A DNA stretch of 64,000 nt, from the NCBI GenBank assembly GCA_048940645.1, contig JBHLOI010000003.1, positions 1 to 64,000 of the forward strand, read 5' to 3'. A model generated the notes under the pieces. The model was not told the DNA's origin. It made no database searches and worked only from the letters and a program-made list of their open reading frames with translations. Position 1 is the stretch's first letter, and each line of letters begins with the position of its first letter. The stretch is from Promethearchaeota archaeon (GTDB taxonomy: Archaea > Asgardarchaeota > Lokiarchaeia > Sigyniarchaeales > SOKP01). Positions 32,373-42,914 of this stretch are shown here, one piece after another. The translations under genes were made by a program, and so were the position numbers.

Positions 32373-33128
32373 TTATAAGCTATAGAAATCATTATCTCTA
32401 GGTTCTATTTCTTTAAGAGGTTGTTCTTCAGGTTCTTCAGATTCTTCGATTTCTGGTTCACTATCTTCAGATTCTTCAATTTCTGGTACATTATCTTCAG
32501 ATTCTTCGATTTCTGGTTCTTTATCTTCAGATTCTTCGATTTCAGAAATTAATTTGTGTTCCATTTCTGGTTCCATCTTTTTTTCGAATTCAACTCTTTT
32601 CTCGAGCTGTTCTTTAGGTTTATTCATTTTTTTTATTTTTTTTAATCCTTCTATTGCCTCTTTTCTAACAATAGGACTTCTATCTTTTAAGGCTTTAGTT
32701 AATATATCAATTGAAATCGGATTATGTTTATTTCCTAATTCATCCGCAGCCTCTTTCCTTACCAAAGCATCAACATCGTTTAAGAGGATATAAGTTAAAA
32801 TACCAAGTACCTCAGATTCTCCTAAATCTCCAATTGTATCAACAGCATCCCTCCGAACATCTGCATTCGGATCTGTCAAGGCTGTTTTTGCTAACTCTAT
32901 TAAAGTTCTATCTGAATCTCCTAAGGGAACAATACTACTTAAATCGACTCCACAGAATTTACAAAAATTATGATTAATTTTAATAACTTTTCCACATACA
33001 GGGCAAATACGGTTAAGGGCAAAATCAATAGGGTTATCCTTTGGTTTCATAGGTTTTGGTGTATTTGCAGGAGGATTTCTTACTCTATAAGGATTTTCTC
33101 CTGATGGAGGATTATAATTTCTACCCAT
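32373..33128 (-). CDS. Zn-ribbon + HEAT/PBS-lyase repeat protein with acidic repeat tail
   Basis: CPVCG..FCKFCG; DPNADVRRDA, DVDALVRKEA and DRSPIVRKEA HEAT repeats. Confidence 0.8.
   Translation of the reverse strand: MGRNYNPPSGENPYRVRNPPANTPKPMKPKDNPIDFALNRICPVCGKVIKINHNFCKFCGVDLSSIVPLGDSDRTLIELAKTALTDPNADVRRDAVDTIGDLGESEVLGILTYILLNDVDALVRKEAADELGNKHNPISIDILTKALKDRSPIVRKEAIEGLKKIKKMNKPKEQLEKRVEFEKKMEPEMEHKLISEIEESEDKEPEIEESEDNVPEIEESEDSEPEIEESEEPEEQPLKEIEPRDNDFYSL
32434..32543. repeat. 30-nt coding tandem repeat, about 3.7 copies (EPEIEESED-type unit)
   Basis: TCTTCAGATTCTTC(G/A)ATTTC recurs at 32434, 32464, 32494 and 32524. Confidence 0.9.
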
Positions 33129-33285
33129 TTTTTATTTTCTCACTTTTAATGAATATCTTTATCTTCTTTTAACTTATGATATATATTAATTATACACTTA
33201 ATTAAATTATTGTAGTCCAATGTTTATTTGAAAATCTAATAAAATAAAAAATAAGGAGTGAAAAAAATTTTATAAATAGGCTTTT

Positions 33286-34347
33286 TCATGCAATACTTAT
33301 ATCTTTACACAAATACACATCTTGAACTGCATTTAAAATTCTAATTCCTTCAGGTGTTGGTTTTTTAAATGCTTTTCTGCCTAGGATAAGTCCCATACCA
33401 CCAGAACGTTTATTGATGACAGCTGCTGTAACAGCATCTTGGAGATCGTTTCCTCCAGATTCTCCACCAGAATTAATAAGTCCAGCTCGTCCCATAAAAC
33501 AATTCGCCACTTGATAACGATTCCATTCAATTGGATGATCGGTTGCCAATTTTTCATAAACAAGTTTATCTGTTTTCCCAAAATTTAAATCAAGGAATCC
33601 TCTATTAATAGTGGATAATTTTTGTTTTATAATATCGGCCTCAATTGTGACCCCTAGATAATTAGCTTGGCTTTCTAAATCATTTGCAGTATGATAATCC
33701 TTTTCATCTTTAATGAATTCTTCCTTATTTCTCAAATAGCACCAAAGGACACAAACTAGTCCTAATTCATGAGCATATCTAAATGATTCACTTATTTCTT
33801 GTATCTGGCGTCTGGATTCAAAAGAACCAAAGTAAATTGTAGCACCTACCGCAGCGGCACCCATATCAACAGCTTGTTCTACATTCGCAAAAAGAGTTTG
33901 ATCTGAAAGAGGGGGTTTTGTAAGTAATTCATTATGATTGATCTTCACTAAAAATGGGATCTTATGGGCATATTTTCTTGCAACTGAACCTAACACACCA
34001 AGAGTAGAAGCAACAGCACTACAACCTCCATTCATTGCTAATTTGATAATATTTTCAGGATCAAAATAAGATGGATTAACAGCAAAACTAGCTGACGCTG
34101 TATGTTCAATTCCTTGATCTACGGGTAATATTGAAAGATAACCTGTCCCTGCTAATCTTCCTCTTTGATTAAACAATCGTTCCATATTATTTAGTACTAG
34201 GTTATTCCTATCAGAATGTGCTACAATCCGTTCAATAAAATCTGGTCCGGGAGGATGAATTTGTGCTTTTGGAATTCCAGTACATACGTGATTTAATAAA
34301 TTATCTGCATCGGGACCCAATAAAGTTTTTATTTCATCAAAATTCAT
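33286..34347 (-). CDS. fbaB: Class I fructose-bisphosphate aldolase (FbaB/DhnA type)
   Basis: [53 protein letters not shown]. Confidence 0.92.
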   Translation of the reverse strand: MNFDEIKTLLGPDADNLLNHVCTGIPKAQIHPPGPDFIERIVAHSDRNNLVLNNMERLFNQRGRLAGTGYLSILPVDQGIEHTASASFAVNPSYFDPENIIKLAMNGGCSAVASTLGVLGSVARKYAHKIPFLVKINHNELLTKPPLSDQTLFANVEQAVDMGAAAVGATIYFGSFESRRQIQEISESFRYAHELGLVCVLWCYLRNKEEFIKDEKDYHTANDLESQANYLGVTIEADIIKQKLSTINRGFLDLNFGKTDKLVYEKLATDHPIEWNRYQVANCFMGRAGLINSGGESGGNDLQDAVTAAVINKRSGGMGLILGRKAFKKPTPEGIRILNAVQDVYLCKDISIA

Positions 34348-34439
34348 AATAATATCATCTGACCTACTTTTTTAAATTTAAATTCATTTTTATGAATTAA
34401 AGTCTAAAAGTTTTTCTTAATTGATATTTTTTATCACAC

Positions 34440-34766
34440 GTGCCAGATGATTATAAAAATTCTGAAACCGTAGAAGAGATATGTAAAACTCTTGATGGAA
34501 ATAGATATTATCATGGTCTCTATTTGAAGGCTGTTAATCATCCAATCAGAAGAGAAATTCTTGAAGTTATAAATAAATCGAATAATATTTCAAGAAGTAA
34601 ATTATTTGAAATATTATTAGAAAATGAAGTAATAAATGATTTATCTGTTCTTGATTATAACATAGATTTTTTAATAAAGGCTTTATGTATTGAAAAAGAA
34701 GTAAGAAATGAAGAAATAATTTATAGCATTACCCAATCCGGGAAAGTTGTTGAATATCTAAAATAA
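34440..34766 (+). CDS. ArsR-like winged-helix protein
   Basis: AVNHPIRREIL and YSITQSG patterns. Confidence 0.7.
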   Translation: MPDDYKNSETVEEICKTLDGNRYYHGLYLKAVNHPIRREILEVINKSNNISRSKLFEILLENEVINDLSVLDYNIDFLIKALCIEKEVRNEEIIYSITQSGKVVEYLK

Positions 34767-34773
34767 AATATCT

Positions 34774-35229
34774 TTAAAATTCTTCTAAATATTTTTTATA
34801 GCAATTACAGCAAGGAATTCCAAAATTTAAATTTAAATTACTAAACTTAGAATCATTATAGTTCATGATACGGACAAGTATTTCTCTGATATTGTCTAAT
34901 TTTTCATTAAAGTAGAATTTCTTTAAATTAGAATAGTGATTAGTCTTTTTACATATTGGACATATAGAGTAGAATTCAATAAAGTTAAAAAATACTTTTT
35001 TCTCTTTTTTATTTAGGGATTCTAACTTTAAATCTGGGTTATTAATAATTATCTCTTTTAAATGATTTAATTCCTCGAGCATCTCATCCCGTAAAGGATT
35101 TGAGCGTCTTAGAGGGGAATTTGTAGATTTTTTTGTTTTAATATAATCGAAATCATCTAAATATTCTAAAGCGTCATTGAATAATATTAAATTGTTTTTT
35201 TTTAGTCTTTTAATTTTATCTTCACACAT
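34774..35229 (-). CDS. Hypothetical protein with CPIC...CCNC Zn-binding motifs
   Basis: 151 aa ORF. Confidence 0.65.
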   Translation of the reverse strand: MCEDKIKRLKKNNLILFNDALEYLDDFDYIKTKKSTNSPLRRSNPLRDEMLEELNHLKEIIINNPDLKLESLNKKEKKVFFNFIEFYSICPICKKTNHYSNLKKFYFNEKLDNIREILVRIMNYNDSKFSNLNLNFGIPCCNCYKKYLEEF

Positions 35230-35347
35230 TCTATCAGATAATCACAAATCAGTAGTTATTTAATATCTAAGAGATCTAGTATAGTTTCATTTTAAAATTT
35301 ATATTTATCTAAATTTTTTTTCAAAAAAAAACTCTTATAATTCTATT

Positions 35348-36631
35348 TTAAATAAAATGAAAGCTTTTTTCCTTTCGAGAAAAAATATCATCTTTTTTTT
35401 TGTCCTTCAGCCTTCTGATATCCATTACTTTTGAGGATGCAAAATATTCAAAATCAAAATCTACTTCATCACCACCTTCCCTGCCAGGGATCGGCATTAA
35501 TCGTGCAGTTAAAGGTTTATCAAATTTAATTGAAATGGTAGAGAGGTCTAGTAAAATATAAAAGAGCTCTTTTTGAGTAATATTTCCAGGTAAAGGAACA
35601 CAGTCAAGACCTGTTCCACAGATTGTTGCATATAAGAGAAGAGTATCTAAATCCAATTTATTTTCTGAGAGACTCTGAGAAATAGTAAAGTCTTCTAAAA
35701 CAGAGGGCATAAATCCAGAAAAGCCAATTACTTTCTCTTTTCTTGGAATTGCATTTTTAATTAATGCAACTCCTATTAATGAGCCATGAGCTCCAAAATA
35801 TTCATATCCTAATTTTTCAAAAGCAGTACCTATACTTTTTTCAATAGTTGGATAAGGTGCTGGAGAAAAATCGATTCCATGAAATTCAATATTATATTTT
35901 TTTGGTATTTCCTCACAAATAACTGTTAGATCATTGTAAATTTCATTAAACCTTTTTCTCAGATTCATTTGAGCTTCTTCTAATGTTTTGGAATTTTCAA
36001 AAACAGAAACTACTTCATCTGCCATTTCAAGGGCAACTCCAAACGAGGGCCTTTCAGCAAGATGGTATGCCGCAGGGAAGAAAGGAGTATCCGGAGTTAC
36101 ATTAGAACTTACACAAAATTTTAAATTATTAAAAGGATCAGGTTCAGAGAGACTTTTTATAATTTTGGAAGCAGATCTTAAAGCAGAGAGATTTATTCCA
36201 TGATCTCTTGACGCAACTTGTAATGAAGTAAAAAATTTTTCCTTTCGTTTAATAAATTGAGGAACTTCATTTAGAAAGAGCTTCTCATATACTCCATATT
36301 TTTGTATTTGTATATCAGCGAGAACCGTACAAGCGGCAAAATAATCAATTTCATATTCTTTTATTAATCTCTCAATTATACTCAACTGATCATGAATTCG
36401 TGTTAATGTCTCATTTAAATTTTTTTCATAAACTTGTTGTTCATAAGATAAAATTGGTTGGGAGCATAAGCGCTTAGTTTGAACTTCAAAATTTACATCG
36501 TTAAATTTCTTCGTTAAATCACTGTTTAGTGAGTAAAATGCTTCAAGTTTTCCTTCTAATATATTTTCCAAAACTTTATCTTCTGCTAAAAATGGTATTT
36601 TTTGACCAATAGTAATTGCTCGAATCTTCAT
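35348..36631 (-). CDS. DUF711 family protein
   Basis: MKIRAIT, VQTKR, PFFPAAYH, GFSGFM.SVLED, ICGTGLDCVPLPG, KPLTARL. Confidence 0.88.
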   Translation of the reverse strand: MKIRAITIGQKIPFLAEDKVLENILEGKLEAFYSLNSDLTKKFNDVNFEVQTKRLCSQPILSYEQQVYEKNLNETLTRIHDQLSIIERLIKEYEIDYFAACTVLADIQIQKYGVYEKLFLNEVPQFIKRKEKFFTSLQVASRDHGINLSALRSASKIIKSLSEPDPFNNLKFCVSSNVTPDTPFFPAAYHLAERPSFGVALEMADEVVSVFENSKTLEEAQMNLRKRFNEIYNDLTVICEEIPKKYNIEFHGIDFSPAPYPTIEKSIGTAFEKLGYEYFGAHGSLIGVALIKNAIPRKEKVIGFSGFMPSVLEDFTISQSLSENKLDLDTLLLYATICGTGLDCVPLPGNITQKELFYILLDLSTISIKFDKPLTARLMPIPGREGGDEVDFDFEYFASSKVMDIRRLKDKKKDDIFSRKEKSFHFI

Positions 36632-36709
36632 TTTGTATAAATTTAATAAAATGTAATTATTTATTTTTAACTATTTAATAAGCTGATGATATCCAAATTT
36701 TAAATTAAT

Positions 36710-39109
36710 TTATAGCTCATCCAATTTAGCTTTCTCTTTAATCAATTCCTCTTTTATTATAGGTTTAGTAAATTCTCCCGGTTTTATTGGACCTAATTCT
36801 TCTAATTCTTTTTTAAAATCTATTATAACATTAGCAAATTTTTCACCCTCGCCCGCGGATATACTTGTGATTTTAACACGTTTTTCATGAATACCAGTTT
36901 GACCCAACATCTCTTTGATACTACCATATCGAGTTTTTGTTTTAAGAAAACCAGTATCATAATGGCAATCTTGCTCATGGCATCCAGCAATTAACACTCC
37001 ATCAGCGCCCAAAAAGAAACTTTCAAAAACTAAAGCAGGATCTAACATTGCAGTGCACATGACATGGATTACACGTATATTTGACGGATATGTTATTTTA
37101 CTTGTTCCTGCGAGATCTGCTCCGATATAAGAACACCAATTACATAAAAAGGCTAATATCAAGGGATAATCACTTTTTTCTTTACTTAAAGCCGTCCTTA
37201 TCTGGGTAGATATCTGGCCTTTTTTAAATCCTGGAATATAGAGAGCATCATTATGACACATAGCTGCACATGCGCCACAACCTGAACAATTAGCTTGAGT
37301 AAGTTTTACTTTGTTTCCTTCTATTTTTATAGCATTATAAACACAAATTTGTTCGCATAATCTACATAAATCACAATCTTTGACATTAAAATAGACAATA
37401 TGGGGATCGAGCTCTACATTACCTTTTGAAATTAAGGCAATAGTTTTTGCAGCAGCGCTTTCTGCTTGTGCTATACTGTTTGGAATATCTTTAGGGCCTT
37501 GAATTGCTCCAGCTAAAAAGATTCCATTTACCGATGTTTCAGAGGGTTTAATCTTTAAATGCTTCTCAAGTAAAAACCCATATGGATCCTGTGAAATGTT
37601 TAAAATTTTACTTATTTTATCAGTTCCTTGCGCAGGTTCCATTCCGACTGCTAAGACAACTAAGTCTGTTTCATTTTCAAATAATTTTCCTTCAATTACA
37701 TCTTCACCTCGTATGAGTAACTTTCCTTCTTCTGAGATATCACCTTTTACTATAGCAGATATATTACTTTTAATAAATCTAATTCCAAAATCTTCACGAG
37801 CTCTATTATAAAACTCTTCACAATTTTTTCCAACAGCTCTTATATCATTATAGTATATAGATACTTTAACCTCTGGATGCTCCTTTTTCAGTAAAATTGC
37901 TTCTTTTATAGCTAGATTACAACAAACCTGACTACAATAATCATGATGAATAGCTTGGTTTCGAGATCCAACACATAATACAAATGATACCTTATTTGGA
38001 TACTTTCCATTTGATGGTCTAAGAACTCTGCCTCGTGTGGGACCATCATTATTAAGTAACCGTTCCATTTGCATCGTTGTAATCACATCAGCATATTTAT
38101 TATAATTAAGTTCTCCAAGTAAACTAGGGTCAAATGTTTCAAATCCAGTTGCTACGATAATAGACCCAACTTTAAATTTTAATTCCTCTTCTTTTTGTTC
38201 AAAATCAATGGCATCTCTATCACATGCTTGAGCACATGCTTTACATCCTATACAATAATCTTCTAAAATATTTGGATAAAGTGGAATTGCTTGGGGATAT
38301 GAAATATCAATCGCTTTTCTTGGGAAAAATGTATCTTTTACATCAATAGGGCAAACTTCTCTACAAATATCAAAACAACCTACACAATTTTCCTCAACAA
38401 CGAATCGAGGCTTTTTGGTGATGGTTATATCAAAATTTCCTACATAACCTTCCACATTCTTTATTTCAGAATAAGTATAAAGCTCTATATTAGGATGATC
38501 ATTAACCTCACTCATTAAGGGACCTAAAATACAAATACTACAGTCTAAAGTTGGAAAAGTCTTATCAAAAAGAGCCATATGGCCCCCTATAGTTAAATTT
38601 CTCTCCACTAAGTATACTTTATATCCCGCTTCTGCAATAACTAAAGCTGCTTTTATTCCTGCAATCCCCCCTCCAATTATTAAACTAGAAGGTGTAATCC
38701 TCGAATATTTGACCTCTAGTGGCTCTAAAAGCCTAACTTGCTCAATTGCCATACTTATTTGATCAATTGCTTTTCTAGTCGCTTTTTCAGGCTCATTACT
38801 ATGTACCCACGAATTTTGCTCTCGTATATTGGCAAACGAAATAAGGAATCGATTTATACCAGCCTTTTCAATTGTTTTTCTAAATAATAATCCATGCAAT
38901 TTAAATGAACATGCAGCAATTACAACGCGATCAATCTTATTCTCCTTTATTTCTTCAATAATCTTTTTTAAGCCAACCTCAGAACATAAATATTGGTCCC
39001 CAATCACATAAACATCTGGATATTTACGGAAATGGTCAATTAATTTGTTATTATCAATAACTCCACTAATATTTTTTCCACAATCACATATAAATAATCC
39101 AATTTTCAA
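36710..39109 (-). CDS. hdrA: Heterodisulfide reductase subunit A fused to MvhD/FlpD [2Fe-2S] domain
   Basis: KIGLFICDCG.NI, NIREQ.SWVH, GGGIAG, DKTFPTLDCSIC, CVGSR..YCSQVCC, GPKDIP; C-terminal AFLCNWCSY.GAD, GCH..DCHY, SAGEG. Confidence 0.93.
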   Translation of the reverse strand: MKIGLFICDCGKNISGVIDNNKLIDHFRKYPDVYVIGDQYLCSEVGLKKIIEEIKENKIDRVVIAACSFKLHGLLFRKTIEKAGINRFLISFANIREQNSWVHSNEPEKATRKAIDQISMAIEQVRLLEPLEVKYSRITPSSLIIGGGIAGIKAALVIAEAGYKVYLVERNLTIGGHMALFDKTFPTLDCSICILGPLMSEVNDHPNIELYTYSEIKNVEGYVGNFDITITKKPRFVVEENCVGCFDICREVCPIDVKDTFFPRKAIDISYPQAIPLYPNILEDYCIGCKACAQACDRDAIDFEQKEEELKFKVGSIIVATGFETFDPSLLGELNYNKYADVITTMQMERLLNNDGPTRGRVLRPSNGKYPNKVSFVLCVGSRNQAIHHDYCSQVCCNLAIKEAILLKKEHPEVKVSIYYNDIRAVGKNCEEFYNRAREDFGIRFIKSNISAIVKGDISEEGKLLIRGEDVIEGKLFENETDLVVLAVGMEPAQGTDKISKILNISQDPYGFLLEKHLKIKPSETSVNGIFLAGAIQGPKDIPNSIAQAESAAAKTIALISKGNVELDPHIVYFNVKDCDLCRLCEQICVYNAIKIEGNKVKLTQANCSGCGACAAMCHNDALYIPGFKKGQISTQIRTALSKEKSDYPLILAFLCNWCSYIGADLAGTSKITYPSNIRVIHVMCTAMLDPALVFESFFLGADGVLIAGCHEQDCHYDTGFLKTKTRYGSIKEMLGQTGIHEKRVKITSISAGEGEKFANVIIDFKKELEELGPIKPGEFTKPIIKEELIKEKAKLDEL

Positions 39110-39254
39110 TTTAGAACCACTTAATACTGATGAATTTACGCAAACTTATGAGTAATATAAAATTGAGTATCTATTAATTATTGTTAATTAGTAATGTAAG
39201 ATAATTTTAACTTTTCCTAATTATAAAGAAATTAGAAAGTCTGCTTATTATTTA

Positions 39255-39863
39255 TTAAGCTAGTTTTTTAGCATTTTCAACCATTTCTTTTGGAAGAAAA
39301 GGATACACCTTTACTATATCAAAATTATGTTTTTTCATTTCAAAGAAATATTTCTTTTCGATTTTGTATTCTTTTTTCGCCCATTCTAAAATTTCTCCTC
39401 TCGTATAGAATTTTCCTTTTAATAAACGTAATCCTGGACATTTTTTTGAATATCTAACTAAATTTTTTTTATTAGTAACCATCATTTTCCAAAATGGGAA
39501 ACATCTGCATTGAAAAGGTCGCGCTTCATGAACGGTACATTTATTACCGATTAAAAAATGACAATGTTCATCATCTCCCGTAAATTTAAATCCCAAAGTG
39601 TAAAATTTATACGTTTTCCCTTTTGTTTCTTCTGGATTTTTCCAAAAAAAAGTGTCCTCAATCAATTTTAGATACTGTTTCGTAAATGATCTCAGTCCAC
39701 TTTCTCCCTTTAAACTAATATGATTTGCTAATCTTACTATATCCTCTTTATAAAGATAAACCTCGCCTTCTTTAAACCCTCTACAACAATCTCCGCACAT
39801 TTGACAAGAGAACTCGATACCATTTTCCAGAAACTTTGATAACTTAATCTCTGCTGATGTCAA
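39255..39863 (-). CDS. YkgJ family CxxCxxCC protein
   Basis: CQMCGDCC, CHFL...CTVH..RP.QCRCFPFW, CPG. Confidence 0.88.
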   Translation of the reverse strand: MTSAEIKLSKFLENGIEFSCQMCGDCCRGFKEGEVYLYKEDIVRLANHISLKGESGLRSFTKQYLKLIEDTFFWKNPEETKGKTYKFYTLGFKFTGDDEHCHFLIGNKCTVHEARPFQCRCFPFWKMMVTNKKNLVRYSKKCPGLRLLKGKFYTRGEILEWAKKEYKIEKKYFFEMKKHNFDIVKVYPFLPKEMVENAKKLA

Positions 39864-39976
39864 GGCAAACTTAATTCATTTAAAAATTAATTCTAATTAA
39901 TACATAAATATAGGAAAAATAAATTTAAAATTAAATATTAATTCATTGATTATTTACACAAAAAGGAGTTAAGTTA

Positions 39977-42226
39977 TTGGTTAAGACACTTATTTTAAAT
40001 AAAAAAAATAAATTTATTACGGAAGAAATAGTAAGTGAGTTAAATAAATTTGAAGATCTACTAGAAAGTAAGAATACTCCGCAAACAATCTATTATATTA
40101 AATGGTATAGAGATTTTGTTAAAATATATGGAAGTAAATATACAAATCTGCGTTTATATATATTATTTGCTTTACTTTATTTTTTAGGGTATCTATATAT
40201 CCTAAAATTTATCTTTAAATGCGATATTTTTTCTTACTTTGAAAAATTTAATATTAAAAAATTTGATAATTTACGTGATAAGATTAAGAATGATTATAAC
40301 GAGAAATTATTTCTTTTTGAGGATTATTTCAGTCCGTTTTTTGAAATGCTTGAAGATTTGAATCAAGATTCATATTCAAAATTCATTAACATTATAGACA
40401 AAGAGATTTTTGGATTGTCGATACCTAAGGATTACTTTTTTAACTTTTATATACAAAACTTTTTCTCGGATCTAATTAAGCATAAGTCTGGTGAGTTTTA
40501 TACTCCAAAATTTCTAGCCAAGAAAATGGTTGAAGAGAGCTATGAATTTGGAGAAAAAGTACTCGATCCTAGTTGTGGTTCAGCCAATTTTCTAGTTGAA
40601 ATTCTTAAAATCATAATTACTTCCAATAAGTCAGAAGAACAGAAAATAGCAGCGATAAATAACCTTAAGGGTTATGATATCAACCCAATTTCAATTTTTA
40701 TAGCTAAGATTAATTTTTTTTTGTTGTTAAAAGAAAAAATTTCAAAGATTAAATTCAATTTTTTTATGATAGATGCATTATTCCCATCAGAAACTATGCT
40801 AAAGGAAAAGTTTGATTTAGTAATTGGTAATCCCCCTTGGTATACATTAAGAGATATAGAATCAATTGAATTTCAGCATAAAGTAAAGCAATTAGCAGAA
40901 AAGCTAAAAATCAAACCACGACCAAAAAATGTTTTGAATATTGAGATTGCATCTCTTTTCTTTTATAAGGCAAAATTTGCGTATATGAAGGAGAATGCAA
41001 AGATCTTTTTTGTAATTACTAAAGGAATTGTAAGCGGATCTCATGCATCTCGTTTCCGTAGTTTTGAAGGATTTTCTGATATGAAAATGTGGCAATTCAA
41101 ACCTAATATAGAAAAAATATTTAATATTGATTTTATATGTTTATATGCTAAGAAATCAAAATCAAATCTCCTACATAAAAGATTTGAAATTCCAGTCTAT
41201 TTTTATAATATAGCAGAAAATCAAAGAAATATTAATTCTTTTGATGATTGCGATTTAACCTTGGAAAAAAAAGAATTCTTTATTCCTTATCATATTGAAA
41301 AAAGAAAAGATAAGTTTTATATTCATAAACTAGTGTCAAAAGAAGAGTATCAAAACCTAATAGTTTTCAAACAAAGTGAATATAAGAAACTATTTCATAA
41401 AGGGGCGGATTTAAATCCTAGAAATTTAATCTTCATCCAATATGAAAGGTTTAATAACTCTTTAGTTAAAATCAATCCTGACGAGAGAATATTTAAAAGG
41501 GCAAAAGCACCTTGGAATAATACAGAGTTTAGCAATGAGATTATTGAAAAACAATACATTTTTAAAGTTATTAAAAGTACTGAACTTGTTAAATTCTTTG
41601 TTTATAATTTTTATAATGTTTTTCTTCCGCTTTCAAAGGTGGATTTAAGCTTTCATTATTCAAAACTACCAAAATACGCTAAAAATTTTTATGATAAAAT
41701 TAATCTTATTTACTTAAGCCATAAAAAGGAGACTACTAAAAATAAATCATTGATGGATAATTTAAATCGTTGGTCAAAACTCATTAATCCGCGCCAAAAT
41801 GCTAAAATAAAAGTTGTATATAATAATTCAGGTTCAATTCTAAATTCTGCGGTGATTCAAGGAGATTATTTAATAACAGGAGATTTAAGTTTTTATAATG
41901 CAAAAAATGGAGAGGAGGCTTATTATCTATCAGCTGTTTTAAATTCACCTCTAATGAATAAACAAATTCGTATTAAAAAGAGTTCAAGGCACATATTCAA
42001 AATTCCATTTGAAAATCCTGTTAAAATATTTAATCCTGAAGATAAAAATCATAAAATGTTAGCAGAATTAGGTAAGAAGGGGCAGTTGATTTCAAAATCA
42101 ATCTATGAGACTCTAATTAAACAAGAGAAACTTATTCCTTCTAAATTAAAGATTCAAAAAAGTATTGAAAAAAAATTGAAACCTTTATTAAATGAAATTG
42201 ATGAAATCGTAATAAAAGAATTTTAA
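39977..42226 (+). CDS. Amino (N6-adenine) DNA methyltransferase with long C-terminal specificity region (type IIG/Eco57I-like MTase core)
   Basis: GEFYTP, VLDPSCGS, GYDINP, FDLVIGNPPW, YYLSAVLNS. Confidence 0.85.
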   Translation: MVKTLILNKKNKFITEEIVSELNKFEDLLESKNTPQTIYYIKWYRDFVKIYGSKYTNLRLYILFALLYFLGYLYILKFIFKCDIFSYFEKFNIKKFDNLRDKIKNDYNEKLFLFEDYFSPFFEMLEDLNQDSYSKFINIIDKEIFGLSIPKDYFFNFYIQNFFSDLIKHKSGEFYTPKFLAKKMVEESYEFGEKVLDPSCGSANFLVEILKIIITSNKSEEQKIAAINNLKGYDINPISIFIAKINFFLLLKEKISKIKFNFFMIDALFPSETMLKEKFDLVIGNPPWYTLRDIESIEFQHKVKQLAEKLKIKPRPKNVLNIEIASLFFYKAKFAYMKENAKIFFVITKGIVSGSHASRFRSFEGFSDMKMWQFKPNIEKIFNIDFICLYAKKSKSNLLHKRFEIPVYFYNIAENQRNINSFDDCDLTLEKKEFFIPYHIEKRKDKFYIHKLVSKEEYQNLIVFKQSEYKKLFHKGADLNPRNLIFIQYERFNNSLVKINPDERIFKRAKAPWNNTEFSNEIIEKQYIFKVIKSTELVKFFVYNFYNVFLPLSKVDLSFHYSKLPKYAKNFYDKINLIYLSHKKETTKNKSLMDNLNRWSKLINPRQNAKIKVVYNNSGSILNSAVIQGDYLITGDLSFYNAKNGEEAYYLSAVLNSPLMNKQIRIKKSSRHIFKIPFENPVKIFNPEDKNHKMLAELGKKGQLISKSIYETLIKQEKLIPSKLKIQKSIEKKLKPLLNEIDEIVIKEF

Positions 42227-42336
42227 CATCAAAATAATAGGGGAGTATTATATTAAAATATAAAATTGTTAATTTTCTTGTGTTATATTAAGAAAATTTA
42301 ATTTACATCCGATTTATAATAAAGTAAAGTCCCATA

Positions 42337-42861
42337 ATGATAATTAGAAACTTTGTTTTTAAGCTCCTTGTAGCTGGAAATGGCGGTGTGGGTAAAACAA
42401 CCTTACTTAGGAGATATGTAGATGGTATCTTTGATGAATCTACAATTACAACTATAGGAGTTGATTTCTTCTTAAAAGAAATGTCCTTGGAACAAGGAAA
42501 TTGCTCTTTACAATTATGGGATTTGGGAGGCCAAGAGCGTTTTAGACACCTGCTTTCAAACTTCATTATGGGTGCTCGAGGAGCTCTTCTTTTAATTGAT
42601 TTAACCAAAATGCCTCAAATGCCTCATATTTTGAATTGGGTAAACATGGTAAGATTGCATGATTTAGATCTACCAATTATTCTTGTCGGTACAAAATTAG
42701 ATCTTGAAGAAGCTATAACTGTTGATGATGAAACAGCTTTGGATATTAAAAATACCTTTAATATGCTTAAATTTATAAAAACATCTTCAAAAACAGGTTA
42801 TAATGTAAATCATGTATTTGAATGTATTGCAAAAGAACTGATGTTAAAAAGAAAATATTAG
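42337..42861 (+). CDS. Rab-like small GTPase
   Basis: FKLLVAGNGGVGKT, TIGVDF, LQLWDLGGQERF, TKLD, TSSKTG. Confidence 0.92.
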   Translation: MIIRNFVFKLLVAGNGGVGKTTLLRRYVDGIFDESTITTIGVDFFLKEMSLEQGNCSLQLWDLGGQERFRHLLSNFIMGARGALLLIDLTKMPQMPHILNWVNMVRLHDLDLPIILVGTKLDLEEAITVDDETALDIKNTFNMLKFIKTSSKTGYNVNHVFECIAKELMLKRKY

Positions 42862-42914
42862 ATTATATGATGAATTACTTCCCATAATTATCTTATTTCT
42901 ATAATAGAATTATA

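Noticed and set aside
32434-32543. CRISPR array
   Set aside because: Contiguous 30-nt coding repeats without unique spacers; no cas genes.
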